A stretch of DNA of 64,000 bases from Myxococcota bacterium (GTDB lineage: Bacteria > Myxococcota_A > UBA9160 > UBA6930). The position numbers were made by a program, and so were the translations under genes. How positions within the stretch are numbered: the stretch's first letter is position 1; each line of letters starts with the position of its first letter. Below are positions 18,652 to 28,797 of this stretch, piece after piece. Under the pieces are notes generated by a model. The model worked only from the letters and a program-made list of their open reading frames with translations. It was not told the DNA's origin and did not search any database. The stretch spans positions 96,001-160,000 of the forward strand of contig OZ245015.1 in assembly GCA_965223705.1 (NCBI GenBank), written 5' to 3'.

Positions 18652-19452
18652 ATGAGCGCGCCCCGAGGGGGCTTCCTCGACATCGCCGGCGAACGACTCG
18701 AGTGGGCCGGCTGGGGCCCACCGCCGGACGAAGCGCCCACGCTGGTCTTTTTGCACGAGGGGTTGGGCTGCGTCGCACTATGGCGAGATTTCCCGGAGCG
18801 GCTGGCGGCTTTGACCGGCTGGGGCGCGTTCGCGTACAGCCGCAGCGGGTACGGCCGGTCTTCTCCGTGCGCGCTGCCGCGCCCCCTAACCTATATGCAC
18901 CGCGAGGGTGAAGAGATTCTTCCAGCCGTACTGGAAGCGGCGGGCATCCGCTCCTACGTGCACGTAGGCCATTCCGACGGGGGCTCGATCGCGCTGATCC
19001 ACGCAGGTCACAAGCAGCGTCCCGGTCTCCACGGGCTCATCACCGAAGCGGCCCACGTCTTCAACGAAGACATCTGCGTACGCGCGATCCAGTCAATCCG
19101 CGAACGCTTCGAGGCACACGACCTGCGCGCGCGGCTCGCGAAGTACCACGGCGACAATACCGACTGCGCGTTCTTCGGCTGGTGCGATGCCTGGCTCGAC
19201 CCGGGTTTCCTCGCGTGGAATCTCGAAACCTACCTGCCGGACGTTCGCGTCCCGTGGCTGGTGATCCAAGGCGCCGACGACGACTACGGCACCTTGGCGC
19301 AGGTCGACGCGATTGAACGGAAGGCGGCGGGTCCCTGCGAACGCTTTGTGCCGGACGGATGCCGGCACGCTCCCCACGTCGACCGACCGGACCTGCTCCT
19401 CGAGCGGATGGCGACCTTCGTTCGCGAAATCGACGTCACAGAGGGGGCGTAG
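18652..19452 (+). CDS. Alpha/beta fold hydrolase
   Basis: LHEGLG, GHSDGG nucleophile elbow, QGxDD, HAPH. Confidence 0.92.
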   Translation: MSAPRGGFLDIAGERLEWAGWGPPPDEAPTLVFLHEGLGCVALWRDFPERLAALTGWGAFAYSRSGYGRSSPCALPRPLTYMHREGEEILPAVLEAAGIRSYVHVGHSDGGSIALIHAGHKQRPGLHGLITEAAHVFNEDICVRAIQSIRERFEAHDLRARLAKYHGDNTDCAFFGWCDAWLDPGFLAWNLETYLPDVRVPWLVIQGADDDYGTLAQVDAIERKAAGPCERFVPDGCRHAPHVDRPDLLLERMATFVREIDVTEGA

Positions 19453-19903
19453 GCTCCCAGTACCAGACCTCATCGCCCGAAGGGCTGAGTGCCATATAGC
19501 CGACGCGGCGAAACCGCACGCCCGCCATCTTGTGGGGAACGGTGCAGCGACGCAGGCGTTGATCGGCTGACACATCGTCGCCGCGCAACGTCTCGGGCCA
19601 CCATTCGGGGAAGTGGTTCGGCCAGACGATTTCGGAGACTTCGACGATTTCGCAGCGATCCGCGATCCCTCCGAGCTCTTCCTCGGCTTTTCTGAACGTG
19701 AGCCAAATTTCGTTCGTCTCGACGTTGTGACGCTCGATGATGTCGTGCGCCGACTCGGGGATGAAGCGCGGTATCCACCCGCGGCCCCGGGCGCCATCAT
19801 CGTCCGCCGCAACGAGGTCTGCGTAGCGGTTTTCTTTTTCGTCCGGACCGCTTCGACACCCGAGAAACGCCAACAGAACGAACCACACACATAGAAATCT
19901 CAC
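19436..19903 (-). CDS. Hypothetical lipoprotein
   Basis: FLGC lipobox; GWIP..IPESAHDIIERH motif; GTGA coupling with upstream gene. Confidence 0.6.
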   Translation of the reverse strand: MRFLCVWFVLLAFLGCRSGPDEKENRYADLVAADDDGARGRGWIPRFIPESAHDIIERHNVETNEIWLTFRKAEEELGGIADRCEIVEVSEIVWPNHFPEWWPETLRGDDVSADQRLRRCTVPHKMAGVRFRRVGYMALSPSGDEVWYWEPTPPL

Positions 19904-20289
19904 GAAGCTTCCTTCCGCAGGCGCTTTTCGAGTCGCCCCACCACGATCGAACCGTGAACGGCGAAGAGTGCCACCGCGAGCACGACCACGGACCACGCCC
20001 ACGGCGACAAGACGCCGCCCCAGATGGCCACCGTCACGGCCGCCGACACGAGTGCGAGAAACAGCGCGAGAACGAGGGCCAAACGCCTGGCGGCGGGTCC
20101 GGATCGGTCGCGTTCGAGCCAGCAGAAAGCCGCGAGCGCCACGATGGCGGCCCCCGCTATATCGGCCGCCACCGCGCCTCCGCTACTCAAGGGGGCGCCC
20201 AATCGGCCGAAGGCCGAGCGCTCGAAGACGGCCAGTACCACTCCCGAGCAGAGCAGCAGCAGGGCCGTTACACGGAAAGCCACGTGCAT
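19900..20289 (-). CDS. Hypothetical membrane protein
   Basis: Four hydrophobic helices; GAGGTG RBS. Confidence 0.65.
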   Translation of the reverse strand: MHVAFRVTALLLLCSGVVLAVFERSAFGRLGAPLSSGGAVAADIAGAAIVALAAFCWLERDRSGPAARRLALVLALFLALVSAAVTVAIWGGVLSPWAWSVVVLAVALFAVHGSIVVGRLEKRLRKEAS

Positions 20290-20321
20290 TCACACCTCGC
20301 GCGCTTCGCAGGTTTCCGCAG

Positions 20322-20672
20322 TCAAACCTCGCGAAGGATGTTCTCGAGGATCTCGAGACTCTCCTGCTCCTCCGGTGCGACCTCTCCGTCGACCGTGATC
20401 ACGCACTCCATCGCCGCCAAGAAGAGTTCGCGATGTCGCCGGGGAATCGCCTTCGGATCGAGTGACTCCACAGAAGGCGGGCGGTTCAACCAGTGCTCGA
20501 CTTCTTCGCGCTCTTTCGCGTCGAACTCCAAGCGGCGAACCAGCGCTCGCACGAAGCGAATCTCTTCCTCGCGAATCTCTAGATCGGCCCATGCGAAGGA
20601 ACAGACGAACCGCAGGAGCAGTAAACGCTCGTCCCGACTCAGCGACTCGAAACTGGTGGGGGCTTCCGTCAT
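20322..20672 (-). CDS. TerB family (tellurite resistance-like) protein
   Basis: AWADLEIREEE and VDGEVAPEE repeated motifs. Confidence 0.82.
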   Translation of the reverse strand: MTEAPTSFESLSRDERLLLLRFVCSFAWADLEIREEEIRFVRALVRRLEFDAKEREEVEHWLNRPPSVESLDPKAIPRRHRELFLAAMECVITVDGEVAPEEQESLEILENILREV

Positions 20673-21005
20673 CTACACCTCGGCAACGGTGGAATGGATC
20701 TCTTGGAGCCACACTTCGTACTCGAGCTCCGAGTCCGCACGTACGTTCTTCGGTCTCGCGCCGGTCCCGAACGCGAGATGCGGGGAGACGCGCACGCGCC
20801 GGTAGCCCCCGGGGCGCATGCCGCGAAGCGATTCCGTGATCGCGGGTGAGAGGCGACGAGAGCCGAGCCAGGTCTTCTCTTCCCTTCGCTGCTGCACAAC
20901 CTTGCGATCGAGGGTGACGGCGCAATCGAATCGCAAAACATCCCCTTGCTTTGCCGGCGCTCCGTTTCCTTCGAGCTCTTCGAGAATCTCGATGCCGTCC
21001 CGCAT
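20673..21005 (-). CDS. FKBP-type peptidyl-prolyl isomerase-like protein (divergent)
   Basis: GMRPGGYRRVRVSPHLAFG, LEYEVWL. Confidence 0.78.
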   Translation of the reverse strand: MRDGIEILEELEGNGAPAKQGDVLRFDCAVTLDRKVVQQRREEKTWLGSRRLSPAITESLRGMRPGGYRRVRVSPHLAFGTGARPKNVRADSELEYEVWLQEIHSTVAEV

Positions 21006-21071
21006 GATGCACGTCCAAGGGTATCAGGAAAGCCGGATGCTAGGCTGTTTCTCCCGAAGGAGTGATCGCTT

Positions 21072-22304
21072 GTGAATGCCAAAGCGCGGGGTCTGCTCGA
21101 CGGGATCCGAGTTCTCGATCTCACGCGGGTGGTCGCCGGGCCGACTTGCACCCGAGCACTCGCGGATCTCGGAGCCACGGTTCTCAAAGTCGAGCCTCCG
21201 GAAGGGGACTTGCTGCGAAAGGCAGTCCCCCGCGTCGGAGGCGTCCCGGTGATCTTTACTCAGCAGAACGCCGGCAAGCGCTACGTGTCCATCGACCTGA
21301 AACGCGACGGAGCGACGGAGCTGGTCTTGCGAATGGCCGCGGAATGCGACGTGTTCGTCGAGAATTTTCGCGGTGGTATCGCCCAGCGGTTGGGAATCGG
21401 GTACGAGGCCGTGCGCGCCCAGCGTCCCGACGTCGTCTACTGCTCGATTTCCGGTTACGGGCAGACCGGGCCCGTCGCAGCGCGCCGCGCGTACGCCCCG
21501 GTCGTCCACGCGGAGGCGGGCCTCCTCGCCTACAAGGCCGCTCAGCGCGACACCGATCCGTTGCCCGAACCCGTCAGCCACGCCGATCTCGCCGTGGGGA
21601 TGCAAGCCGCGCAAGGCATCCTCGCCGGCCTTTTCCACCGCGAGCGGACCGGTGAGGGGACATACATCGACGCGTGTATGGCCGAAGCCATGCTCGCAGC
21701 CAATGAATGGAGCTCCGCCGAAATCAACGGCGGAGTCGACTGGGACCAGTCGATCTTTCGACCCGGCAAAGCCGCGATTGTTCAAGTGGGCGACGGGACC
21801 TGGGTGCAAATCCCGGGGAGTCCCGCAGGCGTGCTACCTGCCCTCGCGCGCTTGACCGACCAGCCGGCGCTTCTCGACGATCCGCGCTTCGACACGCTCG
21901 AGCACCGCAACCGGCACCTCGATGCCTGCCAAGCCGAGCTCGCCCGAATCGCAGCCGCGTTTCCCGACTTCGAATCCTTCGAGCGCGTGTTGTCGGAAGG
22001 CGCGCGTCTGCCCGCCGGCCGCATCATCCCGATGGCCGAGGTTCCGAAAGCCGACTGGGCGATCGCTCGGGGCGCATTCGTCGACGTTCCGTCGGGCGAC
22101 GAAGGAGAGCACGTCACCATCAACCGCGGCGCCCTGCGTTTCTCAAATGCGGCGGCCGGTGCCCAGGGCGGTGGCAAAGCGCTCGGGGCCGACAACCGTC
22201 TCTGCCTCCGCGAGCTGCTCGGTCTTTCGGAGGACGAGCTCGATCGCCTCGAGCGGGACGGAATCCTTGTCGCACCCGCCGCCTCGGACACTTCTCCCTG
22301 GTAG
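21072..22304 (+). CDS. CaiB/BaiF family CoA transferase
   Basis: LDLTRVVAGP, LGATVLKVEPPEGD, ENFR, SISGYGQTGP. Confidence 0.93.
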   Translation: MNAKARGLLDGIRVLDLTRVVAGPTCTRALADLGATVLKVEPPEGDLLRKAVPRVGGVPVIFTQQNAGKRYVSIDLKRDGATELVLRMAAECDVFVENFRGGIAQRLGIGYEAVRAQRPDVVYCSISGYGQTGPVAARRAYAPVVHAEAGLLAYKAAQRDTDPLPEPVSHADLAVGMQAAQGILAGLFHRERTGEGTYIDACMAEAMLAANEWSSAEINGGVDWDQSIFRPGKAAIVQVGDGTWVQIPGSPAGVLPALARLTDQPALLDDPRFDTLEHRNRHLDACQAELARIAAAFPDFESFERVLSEGARLPAGRIIPMAEVPKADWAIARGAFVDVPSGDEGEHVTINRGALRFSNAAAGAQGGGKALGADNRLCLRELLGLSEDELDRLERDGILVAPAASDTSPW

Positions 22305-22315
22305 CGAGGAACCCC

Positions 22316-22939
22316 ATGCGCCTCTACACCATGCCGGTCGCTCCGAACCCTTCGAAGGTCATGCTCTACCTCGCGGAGAAAGGGATCGAAGTCGAACAAG
22401 TGCTCGTCAACCTCGTCAAAGGAGAGCACCGCCTCTCCGAGCACTTGGCGAGAAACCCGCTCGGTAGCCTGCCGGTGCTCGAGCTCGACGACGGAAGCTT
22501 TCTCACCGAGTCGCTACCGATCATCGAGTATTTCGAAGAGCTCCACCCCGAACCGCCGATGATCGGCGCGACGCCGATTGCGCGAGCCCGTGTGCGACGA
22601 CTCGAGCGCATCGCCGATTTGAGTGTTTCGATGCCGATCGCCCGGGTGATCCATGCGACGCGTTCGCCTCTGGGCCTGCCTCCGAGCGAGGAAGTCGCGG
22701 AACGGGCGCGGCGCGGGTTGCCCGAAGCCCTTGCTGTCCTCGAATCCGAACTCGGCGCTCACCCCTTCGTCGCAGGCGACCACGTAACCATCGCCGACTG
22801 CACCTTGTACGCCGGACTCCACTTCGCGCGGTTCGCGAAGATCGAACTCGGGGTCGCGGTACCTCACATCGACGCCTGGTACGAACGGTTCGCAACCCGC
22901 GAAAGCGCCGCGACCATCCGCCCGCCGAGCGGGCGCTAG
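22316..22939 (+). CDS. Glutathione S-transferase family protein
   Basis: APNP, NPLGSLPVLELDDG, ES, TIAD; GAGGA RBS. Confidence 0.92.
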   Translation: MRLYTMPVAPNPSKVMLYLAEKGIEVEQVLVNLVKGEHRLSEHLARNPLGSLPVLELDDGSFLTESLPIIEYFEELHPEPPMIGATPIARARVRRLERIADLSVSMPIARVIHATRSPLGLPPSEEVAERARRGLPEALAVLESELGAHPFVAGDHVTIADCTLYAGLHFARFAKIELGVAVPHIDAWYERFATRESAATIRPPSGR

Positions 22940-23358
22940 CCGTCGCCCGTAGGCCGGCTCGTCTGCCGAATCCGCTCGGCGGGAATGCGAAGCTGCGCCA
23001 TCAAGTACGCTCGGAAAGCCTCGCTGTAGGGCTGCTCCGCCGCGGCGCGTTCCATGCAGAGCAGCCATGCATCGCGCCGGGCAGCGTCGACGCGCAGATG
23101 TCGATGCGCTTCGGGGATATTGATCGGCCCGTACTTCTCCTGGTAGCGCCGCGGTCCTCCCAACCAGCCGCACAGAAAAGCCGCAAGGCGATCGATCGAA
23201 GCGTCGAGATCGGCCGGATGCATCGCCCGAATCTCCCGGGCTTCGGGCAACGTATCCATCAGCTCGTAGAAGCGCGTCACCAGCGCGCGGATCCCCGCCT
23301 CGCCTCCCGCCGCCTGAAACGAAGCGTCTTCGGTCCCGAAGCGCGCCTCGATTTCCAC
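22936..23358 (-). CDS. Group II truncated hemoglobin
   Basis: GG...LVTRFYELM, FLCGWLGGP, AHRHL, RDAWLLCM. Confidence 0.92.
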   Translation of the reverse strand: MEIEARFGTEDASFQAAGGEAGIRALVTRFYELMDTLPEAREIRAMHPADLDASIDRLAAFLCGWLGGPRRYQEKYGPINIPEAHRHLRVDAARRDAWLLCMERAAAEQPYSEAFRAYLMAQLRIPAERIRQTSRPTGDG

Positions 23359-23883
23359 TTATGTCTCTCGCCGTCGGCGGCGGCGACGTGGTTCCGGAAT
23401 GACGACCAGGCGGAAGAAGTTGATTCCGGCGACGGCCAGGAGCCAACTCACACCGAGGAGGTAGGGGGGAAACGAGCGGTGAAAAACGATATCGGCGGCA
23501 TTCAACACTTGAAGGATTCCGCAAGCGGCGTACCCGAAACTGATGGAGATGAAATAGCGGCGCACACCTTGGGGCAGACCGACGACGCGCACGAACGCCA
23601 CCAGAACTCGGATCGTGTACGCAACGTAAAGGGCGAGGGCTCCGCTCGACAGCGCCCAATCTGCGCGATCCGACGCGCCGAAGGCGCCGATCGGGAAAGG
23701 AAGCAGAGCGAAGAAGCAGGCGAACAGGCTCGAACGGAGCATCCCGCGGTAGGCGAACGCGTCCGGATCGTTCCACGGCTCGGCGTCGCGCCGTCGGAAC
23801 GCGACCACGATGCTCGCGAACCCGGCGAAGCCCAGCGCGAGCTCCGCCATCGTGAGCAGGATGTCACCTCGGTCGGCCACCAT
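23359..23883 (-). CDS. Hypothetical membrane protein
   Basis: AELALGFAGF N-terminal motif; five hydrophobic helices. Confidence 0.7.
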   Translation of the reverse strand: MVADRGDILLTMAELALGFAGFASIVVAFRRRDAEPWNDPDAFAYRGMLRSSLFACFFALLPFPIGAFGASDRADWALSSGALALYVAYTIRVLVAFVRVVGLPQGVRRYFISISFGYAACGILQVLNAADIVFHRSFPPYLLGVSWLLAVAGINFFRLVVIPEPRRRRRRRET

Positions 23884-23895
23884 CGTGACCGAAGT

Positions 23896-24297
23896 CTAGC
23901 TCGGCGAGGCTCCTTCGATCTGGCCGTGGAGAGGGCCTTGGTGCCAACAGATCAGGCTCCACGTGTCGCCGCTTCGGAGCCACGTCTGGGTGAAGCCCAT
24001 AAATCTCTGGCGAAAGCCCGCGTCTTTCGGCTTTCCTCGAAACGTCGCGTATCCCGAGACGATCCCCGTGTCACCTCGCTCCTGGAAGCGAAGCTCCCGA
24101 GGAACCCATTCAAAGGCTTCCCAGTTCGCGCCGTGGAAGTTTATGTGGTCGACGAAGTCGGCCTTGCTGAAACGCCACGGAATATCCTCATCAAAGATCA
24201 CCATGTCGTCCGCCATCACGGCATACATCCCGTCGAGATCGCCTTTGTTGAGCGATCCGCGCCACCCTTGAAACGCCTGTTCGAGATTCATCGTCAT
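23896..24297 (-). CDS. NTF2-like/DUF4440 family protein
   Basis: GDLD..Y..ADD, GDTGIV, TQTW....W.LICWH. Confidence 0.8.
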   Translation of the reverse strand: MTMNLEQAFQGWRGSLNKGDLDGMYAVMADDMVIFDEDIPWRFSKADFVDHINFHGANWEAFEWVPRELRFQERGDTGIVSGYATFRGKPKDAGFRQRFMGFTQTWLRSGDTWSLICWHQGPLHGQIEGASPS

Positions 24298-24776
24298 GAC
24301 TTAGGCGTCGTCTGCTCGGCCCAACCAGTCGCGTGGGCGGCGAGGAACTGGGTGTCGACTCGCAGGCTCTGGAACATCCAGCGACCGTCGCGCTCGACGT
24401 AGGCTTCATCGTAGGCCGAAAGCAACCAGCGGGCTTCGGACGCACCGGATTCGTCTTTCATCGTGCACGGCATGATCAGACGCCACTGCCCCGTCGCCGT
24501 ACCCCCGGAGACTTCGATGATCGGGTTCATCACCAGGTGGGCTGCGAAGACAATCTGTCCAGAAGCGCCTCGGAAAAACGTCCGGATTGCTTCTCGGCCT
24601 TCGTGTTTTCCGAATTCGGGGCCACCGTCCCAAACACCGTCTTCCACGAACAAGCTGGCCAGCCCGTCGGGATCGTAGTCGTTGTCGCAATAGCCGCAGT
24701 AGCGCGCCTTCAGTTGTTTGATGTCTTCGATCGCCGCCAGTCGCGCGATCTGTTTTTCAAGTGTCCGATTCGCCAT
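24294..24776 (-). CDS. SnoaL-like NTF2 protein (LinA/scytalone dehydratase-like)
   Basis: IEDIKQLKARY...D, LFVEDGVW, GREAIR, H..NPIIEV, ATGQW. Confidence 0.85.
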   Translation of the reverse strand: MANRTLEKQIARLAAIEDIKQLKARYCGYCDNDYDPDGLASLFVEDGVWDGGPEFGKHEGREAIRTFFRGASGQIVFAAHLVMNPIIEVSGGTATGQWRLIMPCTMKDESGASEARWLLSAYDEAYVERDGRWMFQSLRVDTQFLAAHATGWAEQTTPKS

Positions 24777-24793
24777 CGCGAAGCCTCCGTTTC

Positions 24794-26179
24794 CTACGGG
24801 TGTCGACTCGTCCAATCGCTCTCCTGCTGAACGGCGTAACCGGCGCGAAGAAGCGCCGATTCCGTCAAATGCGATCCGACGAGCTGGAAGCCGAACGGGA
24901 CACCGGCGCGGTCAAAGCCCCCGGGCAAACAAAGGGCCGGCGCCCCGACAAGATCGGCGGGCGCCGTAAACGCGATCAGACGGTCGACGTCCCCGCCTTC
25001 AATGAGTGCTTCGAGCTCCGCGTTGCTCGGCGTCGTTGTGTAGTTCGACGGCGCGATGATCGCGTCGACGTCCTCGAACATCGTCGCATACTCGCCGCAC
25101 AGGCGGAGGCGCGCGGTGTGCCCCCGCGCGTAGTCGATCGCGCTTCCGGCTCGCCCGGCATCGAGCAACGCCGAAAGTCCGGGACCATATCGATCGGCTT
25201 CCGCGGGATACGTCGCTTCGTGGGCGATCGCCGCTTCGGCGGCGCACAGGATTCCCCAGTGGCTCGAAGCTTCATCGGCGTTCGGGACCGTCACGGCGCA
25301 AATCTCTGCGCCTCGGTCGCGCAACACTTCGATGGCGGCTCGAATCGCTGTGACGGTCTCCGGCGCGACCCCTTCGCTGCAGTGCCGTTCGTCGAACCCG
25401 ATCCGGAGACCCCGAACGCCTTGTTCGAGTTCCGCGAGATAGTGGGGCACGGGCGCGTCGAGTGTGGTCGGATCCTTCGGGTCCTTGCCGGCGATGACGC
25501 CGAGCACCGCCGCAGCGTCCTCCACGGTCCGCGTCATCGGTCCGATGTGATCGAGCGATTCTGCCAGTGCAAATACGTCGTGGCGGCTGACCCGGCCCCA
25601 CGTGGGCTTGAGGCCGACCAAACCGCAGCAATGCGATGGAAAACGGATGGAACCACCGGTGTCGGTACCGAGCGACGCGAAACACAGACCCGCTGCGGTC
25701 CCCACCCCTGAGCCACTGGACGAAACGCCGGTCCAGTAGTCCCCGTTCCACGGGTTGACCGGCTGATGGACGTCGGGATGATGCACGGCGTACGCGCCTT
25801 CGGTGGTCTGAAGCTTGCCGAGCAGGACCGCGCCGGCCTCGCGCAAGCGCGACGCGACGGTTGCCTCACCATCGAGATTCCAGCCGCTCTCCGCAATTCC
25901 GCCGACCAGCGTGGGCGCGTCGGGCGTGGCGCACAGATCCTTGAGAGCGATCGGCACCCCGTGCAAGGGACCGCGAATGTGCCCTGCAGCGAGCTCCGCG
26001 TCGGCTTCCTTCGCGCGCTGGAGAGCGCGTTCCGACATCACATGAACATACGCGTGGAGGCGACCGTTCTCAGCCTCGATACGGCCGAGGAGTGCACGGG
26101 TGAGTTCTTCGCTCGAGATCTCGCGACGACGTAGGCGCTTCGAAACCTCGACCAGAGGCATGTAGTGAAGATCGGTCAT
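24794..26179 (-). CDS. Amidase (amidase signature family)
   Basis: GPLHGVPIALKD, GVSSSGS, GTDTGGSIRFP. Confidence 0.95.
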   Translation of the reverse strand: MTDLHYMPLVEVSKRLRRREISSEELTRALLGRIEAENGRLHAYVHVMSERALQRAKEADAELAAGHIRGPLHGVPIALKDLCATPDAPTLVGGIAESGWNLDGEATVASRLREAGAVLLGKLQTTEGAYAVHHPDVHQPVNPWNGDYWTGVSSSGSGVGTAAGLCFASLGTDTGGSIRFPSHCCGLVGLKPTWGRVSRHDVFALAESLDHIGPMTRTVEDAAAVLGVIAGKDPKDPTTLDAPVPHYLAELEQGVRGLRIGFDERHCSEGVAPETVTAIRAAIEVLRDRGAEICAVTVPNADEASSHWGILCAAEAAIAHEATYPAEADRYGPGLSALLDAGRAGSAIDYARGHTARLRLCGEYATMFEDVDAIIAPSNYTTTPSNAELEALIEGGDVDRLIAFTAPADLVGAPALCLPGGFDRAGVPFGFQLVGSHLTESALLRAGYAVQQESDWTSRHP

Positions 26180-26235
26180 GGTGGGGCTCCTGACTCTCCA
26201 TGGGAAATCACCGCCGTCGGAAAGTCAACGAATAC

Positions 26236-26562
26236 CTACCGGCCCTTGGATTTCCGCCAGCCATACCGAGTGAATGACACCCGAGCGCGTTCATCGAACT
26301 CGACTCCCTCGGCTTCGAGCAGGACTCGCTGCAGTTCGCCGGCAGACGGATCTGCGCGCAGGCTGATCTCCCCTTTCGCGTTGATGACGCGATGCCACGG
26401 CACGTCGTTTCCCGGGCGGAGTGCGGCCAGGGCGTAGCCCACCTGTCTCGGCTGCCGAGGGAGCCCAGCCAAATCTGCGATCTGCCCGTAGGTCGCCACG
26501 CGCCCTTCCGGAATTTTCCGCACCGTGCGATAGATCCGGTCGTACGAAGATGCGGCGGTCAA
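26236..26562 (-). CDS. Alkyltransferase-like (ATL/MGMT family) DNA-damage-binding protein
   Basis: IPEGRVATYGQIA, RQVG, PWHRV (Trp replaces the catalytic Cys); TTGA overlap with tspO. Confidence 0.92.
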   Translation of the reverse strand: MTAASSYDRIYRTVRKIPEGRVATYGQIADLAGLPRQPRQVGYALAALRPGNDVPWHRVINAKGEISLRADPSAGELQRVLLEAEGVEFDERARVSFTRYGWRKSKGR

Positions 26563-27008
26563 TTGAGCACTGCGATCCCAGCGTTCAGATACGTCGCGAA
26601 CGACACCCACGCGAGATAGGGGACGAAAAGCCAACCGGCGACCCGGCTCACTTTGAAAAAGACTCGGGTCGTCGCGGCGATGAGCGCGCACAAAACTGCG
26701 ATCTCGATCAGGGCGAGCGCAACGGCGTGAATCCCGAAGAAAAGAAACGACCAGAGGGCGTTGAGCACCAGCTGCGCGAGCCACAAAGCGACTTCTCTTC
26801 CGAAACCCTTGGCTTCGAAGACGATCCAGCCCGCCACCGCGATCGCGAGATAGAGAAGCGTCCAGACCGGACCGAACACCGCATTCGGAGGGGTCGCCGG
26901 TGGCTTGGCCAAGGCTTCGTACCAGACTCCGGGCTCAAATTGCGCGCCGATCCATCCGGCGACGCCGACACCCACGAGAAACGGAAAGAACCTCACGACG
27001 CGTTCCAT
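26559..27008 (-). CDS. tspO: TspO/MBR family protein
   Basis: WYEALAKP..PP...FGPVWTLLY, LNALWS.LFF, PYLAWVSFA.YLN. Confidence 0.93.
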   Translation of the reverse strand: MERVVRFFPFLVGVGVAGWIGAQFEPGVWYEALAKPPATPPNAVFGPVWTLLYLAIAVAGWIVFEAKGFGREVALWLAQLVLNALWSFLFFGIHAVALALIEIAVLCALIAATTRVFFKVSRVAGWLFVPYLAWVSFATYLNAGIAVLN

Positions 27009-27046
27009 TCGACTACGCTAGCGCCGCGAGAACGACCCAACCAAGA

Positions 27047-27826
27047 CTACACCTCGATTTCACCGCGCAAATACTCGACGACGTGTCCGGCCACGATGAC
27101 TCGATCACCGCGATCTTCGCAGAACAGCTCGCCGCCGCGAGCGGACAGTTGCCGGGCATGGAGCCCGCGGCGCCCCAAGCGTCGACTCCAATACGGGACC
27201 AGCGAGCAGTGCGCGGAACCGGTCACGGGGTCTTCGGCGACGCCCGCGCGCGGCGCGAAGAAGCGCGAGACAAAATCGCAATCGCGCCCCGGTGCGGTCG
27301 CGACGATCGCGAACGCGTCGATCGCCGCCAGAGCTGCGAAGTCCGGCCGAAGCGCTTCGATCTGATCCTGCTTCTCGAATACCGCGACGAGATCGCGCGA
27401 CGCCAGAAGCTCGGAGGGATTCGCACCGAGCGCGCGACCGACTTCGGGATCGAGCGCGCGCGGGATAGGGGGCCTCGCCGGAAAGTTCATCGCCAGACGA
27501 TCGCCGTCTTTGCGAACGCGTAGTTCGCCCGAGCGCGTGCTGAAAGAGACTTCATCGCTGCGCGAATCGTCGATCTGGAACACGACGTGCGCGCTCGCCA
27601 ACGTCGCATGGCCGCACAGGTCGACCTCGAGTTCCGGGGTCCACCACCGAAGTTCGAAACTTCGACCATCTCGAACTAAAAACGCCGTCTCGGAGTAGTT
27701 GTTCTCTCGAGCGATCGCTTGCAGCTGCGAATCCGGGAGCCAGGCCGGCAGGATGACCACCGCTGCCGGGTTGCCTCCGAACACGTGATCCGTAAAAGCG
27801 TCGACCTGGAAGATCGGGTACTTCAT
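27047..27826 (-). CDS. PhzF family isomerase
   Basis: VDAFT...GGNPAAV, SETAF, EVDLCGHATLA, EDPVTGSAH. Confidence 0.95.
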   Translation of the reverse strand: MKYPIFQVDAFTDHVFGGNPAAVVILPAWLPDSQLQAIARENNYSETAFLVRDGRSFELRWWTPELEVDLCGHATLASAHVVFQIDDSRSDEVSFSTRSGELRVRKDGDRLAMNFPARPPIPRALDPEVGRALGANPSELLASRDLVAVFEKQDQIEALRPDFAALAAIDAFAIVATAPGRDCDFVSRFFAPRAGVAEDPVTGSAHCSLVPYWSRRLGRRGLHARQLSARGGELFCEDRGDRVIVAGHVVEYLRGEIEV

Positions 27827-27879
27827 AGTGGTGCAACCCTTAGCAGCAAACCCGAGCTCTTGACGACTGGAGGAAGCCC

Positions 27880-28797
27880 ATGAGTACTTTTTGCGAAGAC
27901 CGCGTCGCGATCGTGACGGGTGCCGGCAGAGGCATCGGCCGAGAGCACGCGCTGATGCTCGCTTCACACGGTGCGAAAGTTCTCGTCAACGATCTCGGCG
28001 GAGCACGCGACGGAGAAGGTTCCGACCTGGGCCCCGCCGACGCGGTCGTCGAGGAAATTCGGGGAGCGGGTGGAGAAGCCTTTGCGAACGGGGCGGACGT
28101 CAGTGATTTCGAAGCGTCGCGGGCGATGATCGCCGAAGCCATCGAACGCTGGGGGCGCCTCGACGTGTTGATCAACAACGCCGGAATCCTGCGCGACCGC
28201 ATGCTGGTCAACATGCAAGAGACCGAGTGGGACGCGGTGATCGGGGTGCATCTCAAAGGAACGTTCGCGCCTTCGCACCATGCAGCCGCGTACTGGCGAG
28301 AGCAATCCAAGGCGGGTGAGCCCGTATCGGCGCGCATCATCAACACCACGTCGGTCTCGGGGATCTATGGCAACCCGGGGCAGACCAACTACGGTGCCGC
28401 CAAGGCCGGCATCGCCGCGTTCACAGTCATCGCGGCTCGGGAACTCGGCCGTTACGGCATCACCGTCAACGCCGTCGCTCCCGGCGCACTCACTCGAATG
28501 ACGGAAGATCTCTACACCGGTGAGATTACGGACGAGATGCGGGTCGCCCAAAGTCCTCGCTGGATCGCGCCCATTGTGACCTGGCTCGCGAGCCGCGAAT
28601 CCGACGACGTGACGGGTCGGGTTTTCGAAGCGTCCGGTCGCATCCTCGCCGTGGCCGAGGGCTGGGTTCGCGGCCCCCGAGTGGACCCGATCGAAGACCC
28701 GACGGTGCTCGGCCCCGTCGTGCGCGATCTCGTAAGCCGCGCTCGACTCAATTCGGGAATGAACGGGGAAGGACAGGATGGCGGGCTCGCGAGCTAG
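27880..28797 (+). CDS. SDR family oxidoreductase
   Basis: TGAGRGIG, VNDLG, NNAGILRD, NYGAAK. Confidence 0.95.
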   Translation: MSTFCEDRVAIVTGAGRGIGREHALMLASHGAKVLVNDLGGARDGEGSDLGPADAVVEEIRGAGGEAFANGADVSDFEASRAMIAEAIERWGRLDVLINNAGILRDRMLVNMQETEWDAVIGVHLKGTFAPSHHAAAYWREQSKAGEPVSARIINTTSVSGIYGNPGQTNYGAAKAGIAAFTVIAARELGRYGITVNAVAPGALTRMTEDLYTGEITDEMRVAQSPRWIAPIVTWLASRESDDVTGRVFEASGRILAVAEGWVRGPRVDPIEDPTVLGPVVRDLVSRARLNSGMNGEGQDGGLAS

